Source: the human T2T-CHM13v2.0 reference genome, Homo sapiens
NCBI RefSeq assembly: GCF_009914755.1
Contig: NC_060927.1
DNA length: 64,000 bases
Reading direction: 5' to 3' (one strand)
Below, in pieces: positions 54,851 through 64,000 of the stretch. The position numbers were made by a program, and so were the translations under genes. The stretch's first letter is position 1; the number at the start of each line of letters is the position of its first letter. The notes under the pieces were generated by a model. It made no database searches. It was not told the DNA's origin and worked only from the letters and a program-made list of their open reading frames with translations.

Positions 54851-57510
54851 TTTTTTTTAAATTTCCAACTTTTATGTTAAGTTCAAGGGTACATGTGTAG
54901 GATGTGCAGGTTTGTTACACAGGTAAACGTGTGCCACGGTGGTTTGCTGCACAGATCATCCCATCTCCCAGGTATTAAGCCCAGCATCCAGTAGCTATTC
55001 TTCCTGACGATCTCCCTCCTTCCACCCTCCAACAGGCCCCAGTGTGTGTTGTTTTCCCCCATGTGTCTGTGTGCTCTCATCATTCACCTCCCACTTATAA
55101 ATGAGAAAATGTGGTATTTGCTTTTCTGTTCCTGCATTCATTTCCTAAGGATAATGGCCTCCAGCTCCATCCATGTCCCTGCAAAGGACCTGATGTGGCT
55201 CTGTTTTATGGCTGCCTAGTATTCTGTGTATATGTACCATATTTTCTTTATCCAGTCTGCCACTGATGGGCATTTAGGTTGATTCCAAGTTTTTACTATT
55301 GTAAACAGTGCTGTAATTAACATATGTATGCAGGTGTATTTATAGTACAATTATTTATATTCCTTTAGTCATATATTCAGTAATGGGATTGCTGGGTCTA
55401 ACGGTATTTCTGTTTATAGGTTTTTGAGGACTTGCCACACTATCTTCCACAATGGTTGAACTAATTTTCACTCTCACCAGCAGTGTCTAAGCATTCTCTT
55501 TTCTCTACAACCTCATCAGCATCTGTTATTTTTTGACTTTTTAGCAATAGCCATTCTGAATGATGTGAGATGTTATCTCATTGTGGTTTTAATTTGCATA
55601 CATCTAATAATCAGTGATGTAGTGCTTTTTATCATATGTTTGTTGACTGCATGCATGTTTTCTTTTGAGAAGTGTCTATTCATGTCCTTTGCCCACTTTT
55701 TAATGGGGTTGTTTGTTTGTTTTTTTATACATTTGTTTAAGTTCCTTATGAATGCTGGATATTAGACCTTTGTGAGATGAAGAGATTGCAAAATTTTTCT
55801 CCTGTTCTGTAGGTTGTCTGTTTACTCTTGTTGATTGCTTCTTTTGCTTTGCAGAAGCTCTTTAGTTTAATTAGATCCCATTTGTCCATTTTTGCTTTTG
55901 TTGCAATTCCTATTGATGTCTTCATCATGAAATCTTTGCCCATGCCTATGTCCTGAATGGTATTGCCTAGGTTTTCTTCTAGGGCTTTCATAGTTTTGGG
56001 TTTTCATTTAAGTATTTAATCCATATTGAGTTGATTTTTGTTTATGGTATAAGAAAGTGGTGCAGTTTCAATGTTCTGCATATGGATAGCCAGTTATTCC
56101 AGCACCATTTATTAAACAGGGAATTCTTTCCTTTGCTGGAGAGATGTCACGATCATTTGGAGGAAAAGAGGCACCCTGGCTTTTTGAATTTTCAGCATTT
56201 TTGCACTCATTCATTCTCATCTTTGTGGGCTTATCTACCTTCAATATTTAAGGTTGCTCCTATTTGGATGGGTTTCTTGTGGGTTTTGTTGTTGTTTTCT
56301 GATTGTGTGTTTTTCTTTTAATAGTCTGGCCTTTTTTTTGTAGGGCTGCTGCATTTTGCTGGGAGTTCACTCCAGACCCTAGTTGCCTTGGTTTTTCCCA
56401 TACATGGAGGTATCACCAGTGAAGTCTGCAAAACTGCAAAGATGGCAGCCTTGTCCGACCTCTGGAAGCTCCATTCTAGGTGGGTACTGACCTGTTGCTG
56501 GCCTGAATGCACCTGCAGGAGGTGGTTGGAGACACCAGTTTGCAGCTCTCACCCATTCAGGAAGAATGGAACCAGGGACCTGCTTTAAGAAGCACTGTGG
56601 CTGCTTTCTGGTAGAGCAGCTGTGCTGCTTGGAGATCCCTTCAGCCCTTTATCGGTTCGGGCTCTCCAAGGCTCACAGATTGAACTGGCTGAGGCACCTA
56701 AACAGCCAAGAAGGCAGCCTGTCCCGCGTCCTGGGCACTCCATTCCAGGGAGAAATTAGAACTCTGCTGTCTGTAGAACGGGGGCAGGAGTGGCTGGAGG
56801 CCTAGGCTGGGAGGTCCTGCCCAGTGAGGAAGAATGGATCGGGGTCCCACTTAAAGAAGCAGTCTAGTCACATTCTGGCAAAGCAGCTGTGCTGTGCTGG
56901 GGAACCCCTTCCTCGTCCCAACCATTTGGACTCTCCAGATTCCAAGGAAGTGGGTCTTATCTTTTGAGGTGTCATCGGAGTGAGACCCACAGACTGATGC
57001 TGCTCAGCTCTCTGGATTCGGTCCCCTACCTGTGGGTATGCACAGCCCTCCTGCCTTGCCTAAGCTGCAGACACCCTTGCTGGGGATCCCGGGACGGAGT
57101 ATGTAAAACTCCTGGGTCTCTGTGCCTGCCTTAGCAGCTGCTCTGCCAAGATTCCACACAGCTCTTTGTGTTTCACCCAAGGCTCTAGGGAGTGGACCCA
57201 TGAGGGGACTTCCCGATCTGCAGGTTGCAAAGATCCATGGGAGAAGCATGGTTTCCCCGAGTTGCACACTCACTCACTGCTTCCCTTAGCTGGGAGTGGG
57301 GTTTCCCTTGGCTCCATGTTGCTCCCAGGAGGGCCATCATCCCACCCTGCTTTTCTGCATTCTCTGTGGGTCGAGTTGTTTCCTTGATCAGTCCCAGCGC
57401 GAGTACCTGGATATTTCAGTTGAAGGTGGTGTATTCACTCACCCCTTTCATTCCTCTCTGTGAGTGCCTCAGACAGTAGCTGTTTCTAATCGGCCATCTT
57501 GGCCCAATTC
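54851..57510 (-). mobile_element. L1PA13-like element with both ends intact but most of ORF1 and ORF2 deleted
   Basis: 3'UTR and ORF2 C-terminus ([22 protein letters not shown]) at 54851-56130 are joined directly to early ORF1 and the 5'UTR (ggccaagatggccg on the minus strand at ~57490-57503). Degenerate TSD ctattacgttttt / ccattatgatttt. Confidence 0.88.
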
Positions 57511-59160
57511 CCATTATGATTTTCTTTGTCATATTTTTCTCAACTACCTTATTACTTTAACCATTGACCAATTACTTTCAATTAAAACAGGATTATCAAG
57601 ATAATTATTAGTTAACATAAAATTTTCATAAAATAAACATGTTTTAAGCATTTATTCTACACATATAGATGCTAAAAACATAGATGAATATCCCTTTCTG
57701 CATATATGGTTTTTATTCACCATATTCTGATAAGTTTATTTCAGTGCTTTCTCTTGTAGAAAGCTAAAAATAACATGAAAAATAGTTGTGTTGTTTTATT
57801 TCAGAGAATTTTTGTTCCATTAGTATTTTAAGAACAACTCCATCACATTTCATACAGCTCCCCAGCACGCAGCAATACCCTCAGTTATATCAATACTTCC
57901 TTTGCCTAGTTATCTTGAAGATCTGCTGTTCATATTAATGTTTTTATCTTTCAAACACTGATAGAAAATCACAATAACTTATGGCTCACATTATTTCAGT
58001 CCAAAGGTCTTATCAGTTACTATTAAGAATAGTGAAAATCTCTCTATGTGAAAAATTTTTTTAAATAAGCAATCCTATTAAAGTTCCTTTTCAAGCATAT
58101 TTTCAACATGCTTACTATGTCCCATACCTACAAATATTCTCTTATTCATCCTAATATCTTTCCTCTTGCTAAATATCAACAAATTTATCTACCCTTAAAA
58201 TGCAAATTAGCACTGCAATTACAATTTGTTCATAGGATTATTAAGTTAATATTTTATCTTATTATTTTGTTGGTATAATATTAATAGAGTTTTTGTTTTT
58301 TAACTATTAAATGCAAAGCATTCCCACAATGCTAGACAGCTCACTTCAGCAGTTAGAAAGTTTCATTTGTCAAACCAGTTGACTGACTCTCCAGAAAGTG
58401 ATAACTTTTAGATTGCTTTGTATATGCTTCTAATGCTTCTATTGTTGTCAAGTTATCACCTGATGAATACTGTTCCAGTTCTTCAGGATAAGGTCAGACC
58501 TGTGAACCTGTAATTTGAACAGCAGTGCATAGGTCAAATAGCCTCAGTTGAAGTGACAGGAGCTTATTGTTTTGTATTGCTGGGATTCCTTAGCCCATAG
58601 TTCATTCCATAATTCCTAAATCAACTCTAGTATAAAGTGATATCTTCAATACATGTGAACCAGTTATCACATAGAATGAGTTACTTTTGTCCTAAAAAGA
58701 ATTACCTTTCTTGAAAGGAGATGGGCAAGGCAAAAATTTCAACAGAAAATCAGCAGGATGGTAACAGAAATCTTATTTTTAAAAAAGAAATTATAACAAC
58801 TTGAGATAAAAATGGTTGGCAAATCTGGTGCTCAATTTCAATACCAGACTTACTATAGATTTTCCTTTGTCTGGGATTTAGATTCAATGGAAAATTCCTG
58901 TTTTCTCTCCTTGCTAGTAATAAAGCATAAAAGTGTGCAATTTAACAGCAGTACCAGAGTCAGGCCATTTGCTAGATAGGAATGTGGATGGATTTCTGGA
59001 AGACGAATGCATAGACCAGAACAAACTAAGCCACACATTACTGGTGTCTTAAACATATGACTTAAGGAATATCATCTAAACAAAAAATCTATTTTGATTT
59101 CCTCCTACCCCTTTAGGAATCAAATCTTCCCCAGCACTAAGTATAAATTTGTACATATCC

Positions 59161-59470
59161 TGCCGGGCACAATGGCTCACACCTGTAATCCCAGCACTTT
59201 GGAAGCCTGAGCAGGGCAGATCATGAGGTCAGGAGTTTGAGACCAGCCTGAGCCAACATGGTGAAACCCTGTCTCTACTAAAAGAAAAAAAAAATTAGCC
59301 GGGCGTGGTGGTGCACTCATAATCCCAGCTACTCAGGAGGCTAAGGCAGAAGAATCACTTGAACCCAGGAGGTTGACGTTGCAGTGAGCCGAGATCACAC
59401 CACTGCACTCTAGACTGGGTGACAGAGCAAGACTCAATTTAAAAAAAAAAAAAACAAAAAAACAAAAAAA
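59161..59470 (+). mobile_element. Alu (AluS-like)
   Basis: Full dimer; TSD core TGT(A/G)CATATCC. Confidence 0.95.
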
Positions 59471-60089
59471 CCTGTGCATATCCCATGAGTACACTGTTTT
59501 AGACAATGGATAGTCACTTAACCTAATAGTCACAGACTCAATTTAGAATAAATAATATCCATCAAATATTAATTAAGCATTAATTATTTCAAAGGTATGG
59601 GTTCCTAAATATTTATTTCCTCCTCCAACTCAACTTTCATGGTTAACCCTGAAAAAAAGAAAATTTTACAGGATGTTGGTTTCTCCATTTCTAGTTCTGG
59701 GGTTTATCAATTACCTTTTTCTTTCTCATAAGCTCTTATTGTAACTTTTCAGAGATTTTCATCTCTGTCAGTCTTTCTCATGCAGTTATTTCCTTTGAGC
59801 TGAGAAGATACATTTTCATTTCAATCGGACCTTTGTAACTTATTCCACATTCCCTACAGACTGATGTTTTTGTCCTGTTTTGCATTGCTGGGATTCCTTA
59901 GCCCATGAGTATCCCTATGAAACTGAAACTGAATTCTAGATGACCTGGTGGAATATTCTCTTTGATGTGTCTCTCTCATTTCTTGCCCAACAAATGGAGG
60001 TTCTGGCTGCTTTCATTACAGACACACCTATCTTATTTTCACAGACTTAGGCTTTCTCAGGCATGATAGGTTATATTTTCCAAAATTGC

Positions 60090-60430
60090 CATGAAAAGAT
60101 CTTCCATCACATTTACTCTTCTTACAACATGATATTTATATTCCTCCCATTGAGATGTGGGCCATATGTTCTCCAAGGAAACCCAGACCACATGGAGAAA
60201 TCTGGTATGGAAGTTCTGACTGGAATTCCTAGCTGAGGTCATAGCCAGTATCAATTTACAAACATCTAAGTGAAGATCCTTGAGTTTTCCACAGCCCTTG
60301 AGTTTTCTAAGCAGACATTGTAGATGAGAGACAAGCTTTGTTTTCTTCTGTGCCCTATCAGAATTTCTACCCCACAGATACCTTGATTATGATGAAATTC
60401 TGGTTTTATGCCACTACATTACAGGCAATT
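60090..60430 (+). mobile_element. MLT1H-like LTR fragment
   Basis: ttcctcccattgagatgtggg; cctagctgaggtc...agccag; gccctatcagaattt...cccacaga; gttttatgccacta. Confidence 0.55.
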
Positions 60431-62324
60431 TAAAAAAACCCACATGAATGGGTAATGATAAATAAAATTATTTAGAAAGTATTTGTTGTCAGCCCAAAAT
60501 CAGATTAAATGCGAAGAGTATAAGCAAATGCTGAGACATTTACTGCCCATGTGATTTTCGGCAGTTTATTCTTCGAGCTTCACATTTTCAAATGTATATT
60601 GTTACTATTATTCTATTGTAAGCCATTGATGAAACAGTGCTGTCTAAGATGGCATGGCTTCAATTGCTTTCATTTCATATATCATTAGATAATTCCTTTA
60701 CATTTTTTCTTTTTATAAGGAAAACAGATAAAATTGGATTATCAGATTGTGTAACTAAAAGGAGGAATGGTACACAAAGGAAATATTTAAAGACATAGTA
60801 AAAGAAATGCACTGGCTTAAATTATTTTGCAATTTTGTCTAGAATATACAATTCAGGGAATCATCCTCTTATTCTTGTTGTAGTAGCACGTTAAGACTCT
60901 TTCTTTAAGAAAAGCATTGCATTGTCTTTTCCCCACACGAGATAATATTGTAAAAACTTTTTGTAAAAAAATAGCAACAACAGCAAAACTCATTTCAACA
61001 CTTTGAAATTCTGAATTGATGCTATCATATGTTTATAGTCTCAAATAGTTTTCTGAAAATTATAAGAATTATAAAAATCCTACTTAATTTATCAAATTTG
61101 CATCATCATCCTCACATAGCAATGCCTGTCTTTACTAGTTGTTTTTGTATCATTTTACCAAATTTATATCATAAGGGCATCTCTATATAAATAAACCCAC
61201 AATGCTTTAAAGTCAAGTAGTTAGTGGAGAAATAGAAATGCAATATATATCTGAATGCATGATATAGTTTCAAGCACCTAGACTATATATTAGGGAGGGG
61301 CAGGTTATGATGTCTGAAATAAAATACACTAAAACAGTAAAAGTAATCATATTAGAGTAGCAAAATAAAAAGGTGTTATTTTTCTTTTCAATTTTACACA
61401 TTATTTTATGATATTTTTACATGACTTTTACAATGTAAACAAGTAATTTAAAGAGAAAAATATATTCTCAATTTGCAACAAAGGATATCAACCTACTCAA
61501 ACATTCTTTAGATTTTTGGTATGAATGTGTTATCATTTTCATAATGGCAAGGAAGTAAAATACGGATAGGTGCTATAGCCTCAAGGTTTTCTTTTCTTAA
61601 AAGCTTCTCTGTCACATATAGTATATTTGAGAAATAGCCTTTATCCTCATGAACAGAAAGTCAGCATCCCAATAAATTCCAATAATCTCTCTGATTATAC
61701 CCTTACCTGTATTACAAAGAGAAGACAGAGACTTTTTTAAACCTAAGAATAACTGCTTTTCTTCTAATTAGTATATACTGTATATACTTTGGCTTCATGA
61801 TTTGTAAAATGGGTACAATAACAGTATCTATCTTATAGGGCTGTAACTATTAAATGCGCTAGGATGTTTAATGCACATAGAACAATGTGAGATGCATGGT
61901 AAGCACTGAATTAACCCTAGAATGTAGATTCTGTGCGAGCAAGCCTTTATCTGTTTTATTCATCACTTTAATACTCAATGCCTTGCAAAGACGCTCCAGA
62001 TGGAGCACAAAACATAATAGCTGAATAAATACAAGCTAGTAGCTTTGGAGACAGGTGTCATTTAAGAGAAAGATTTTTAAGAAAAAAGGGAAAGTGGATC
62101 TTGCAAGAGTCAGAAGTGTGCAAAATGTTGGGCAGTGAGAAAAAAGAATGTGGTCATTCAGGAACTTCGTCACAATTGGGAAGGAGATTCACTGAAAATA
62201 TTTTGTGATTTGAGCTTAATTTTAAGGAATTAGATAAAATTTATATGAATGAATACACAGATACATGCAAACTATAAATGTGCATGCTTGTGTATATTTG
62301 GGTGAACATTCAGGGATACAAGTG

Positions 62325-62520
62325 AAGCAGCATAGTGATAAAAAGCACAGCTTCTGGAGCCAGACTGCCTGGGCTCCCATCCATCCCTGTTTTACCACTT
62401 TACTGGCTGGGAGACAGTGGGAAAGTTCTGTGCTTCAGCTTTCTAATCTATAAAATGAAGATAATAATAGCACCTACTTTAGAGTGTTGTTTTGAGGATT
62501 AATTGAATCCATGTTTGTAA
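62325..62520 (+). mobile_element. MIR SINE
   Basis: ctggagccagactgcctggg...tctgtgcttcagctttctaatctataaaatgaagataataatagcacctac...gaggattaa is the MIR core. Confidence 0.8.
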
Positions 62521-63394
62521 TTAGTATTTGTAATTATTAGCTGAAGTTAATATTGGTAATTGGGATAGTGTAAACACCATGTAAGTGTTTGCTAAGTAGT
62601 ATAAATATTAAAATTTTTTCTTTAATCATATTTCAAGATTTCTGTAGGAGATAATATATTTATTAGATTTGTTTTTTACTTTAGCATTTGTGATAAACTA
62701 AATCTATAGAAAGATACCATCAAGTGACAATTTAAGATAATATAAATGGAACAGTGGTGAATAGGTTCTCTGGCTTTCATGTGTATCCTTATATTAAAAA
62801 AAAATCTATAGACATGAAAAAGGGTTCCTAACAATGTTTTTACATGTAAATCAAAAAGTCAAAAAGGGGAAAAACAAAACAACACAAGAAAGGGAACAAA
62901 ATACAAATGCAAATGCTAGCATCTAAATGGAAAAATCCTACTGCCTCTTTGTCGAGTCTCTAGGAAACAGTATTAATTTTGGAACCTCCGCTACCGTTAT
63001 TGAGCTCCTTATGTCACTATAATTTTGTGAGACCCAGGACAGTGTAGCAGACATAGTGGGCAGAACTAAGATGACAAATGGCTCCAAACCATTTTTTAAA
63101 TAGTAGCATCCAAAATTAGGCACATTAGGTAAGTCTATTGATAATTAATTCTTAAAGATATGTGAGTTTCTATCAGTGCCTGTTTAATGCCTTCTGACAA
63201 ACTCAGTGTAATATGCAAAAAACATGTCAAATCAAGTTAGTTTTGAAAACAGTGTAAACACATGTCATAACAGAGTTATTGTCCAAGGTGAGCTTCATTT
63301 TTGCTGATGATAAACAAGACTGCTAAACATGACTGTGTAAGGTAAAATTTCTATATTATCAATGTGAAGGTATTGAAAAGTGGTGATATGCGCT

Positions 63395-63591
63395 CACCAG
63401 TGCGGTAGTCACTGCCAAATATGGCTATTTAAATGTAAATTTATTAAAATTAACTCAAACTAAAAATTCAGTTTCTCAGCTATGCTAGATACATTCAAAC
63501 CCTCAAAAGTTACATATAGCTAGTGGCTACTGTATCAGACAGCAGAGATACAGGCTATGTCTAACATTGCAAAAAGTTCTATTAGGCAGTG
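63395..63591. mobile_element. MER3-like hAT-Charlie DNA transposon fossil
   Basis: tggctatttaaat...aaaattcagtttctcag...gctagtggctactgtat...aaagttctattaggcag. Confidence 0.7.
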
Positions 63592-64000
63592 TTCATATAT
63601 CAGTAGCATTTATTTTAGATAAATAATTTGAAATATTTTTAAAAATTCTACATATTTTCAATGAGTAAGGAACTTTCTTATTTTTTCACATTGGATAAAA
63701 TTCAAAAATAAGCATGGGTACACTTCCCATTACTTACATATTTTAAGTCATGATGCAAAATAACTCAGGAGCAATTAAATGTAAATTAGGATGATCATAA
63801 ATTAATACCAATCTAAGTCAACCTAGTGTTTGCTTTCCTGCTTTTTTCATTAATTTAGAATTTTTTAACCCATAAAAATAGCAAAGATATCACAATCTAA
63901 TTCCAAGTACTATGAATTTCAGTATACTTCTAATACTATAGACCATATATCGAATTTAACACTGAAATATCAACAGAGTGTCGCATGGACTCTACAGCAG

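Overview
Primate (very probably human) AT-rich intergenic DNA with no intact protein-coding gene, rRNA, tRNA or CRISPR array. It is dominated by interspersed repeats: old L1M and L1PA LINEs, about 11 Alus, THE1 and MLT1 MaLR elements, MER4/MER52/LTR48-type ERV1 solo LTRs, MIR and MER3. It holds two processed pseudogenes. An RCC2 retrocopy (8991-11954, +) has a target-site duplication (TSD) and an internal deletion. A CDV3 retrocopy (31164-34324) is 5'-inverted (twin-primed) and sits at the centre of a four-level nested insertion: L1 > THE1B provirus > antisense THE1B solo LTR > CDV3 copy. From memory the pair matches RCC2P5/CDV3P1 near EPHA6 on chr3q11.2; I have not verified this. Features invisible in the ORF track include a ~150-bp MT-CO1 NUMT (20963-21111), an apparent ~2.2-kb inversion with reciprocal breakpoints (~38175-40385), two perfect palindromes and several template-switch scars. 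I see no evidence of a new multi-gene system. The best functional lead is the promoter geometry around the inverted CDV3 copy, which could yield antisense or 3'UTR-only CDV3 RNAs; this is inference only. Repeat subfamily names come from recalled consensus sequences, and boundaries without a stated TSD are approximate.
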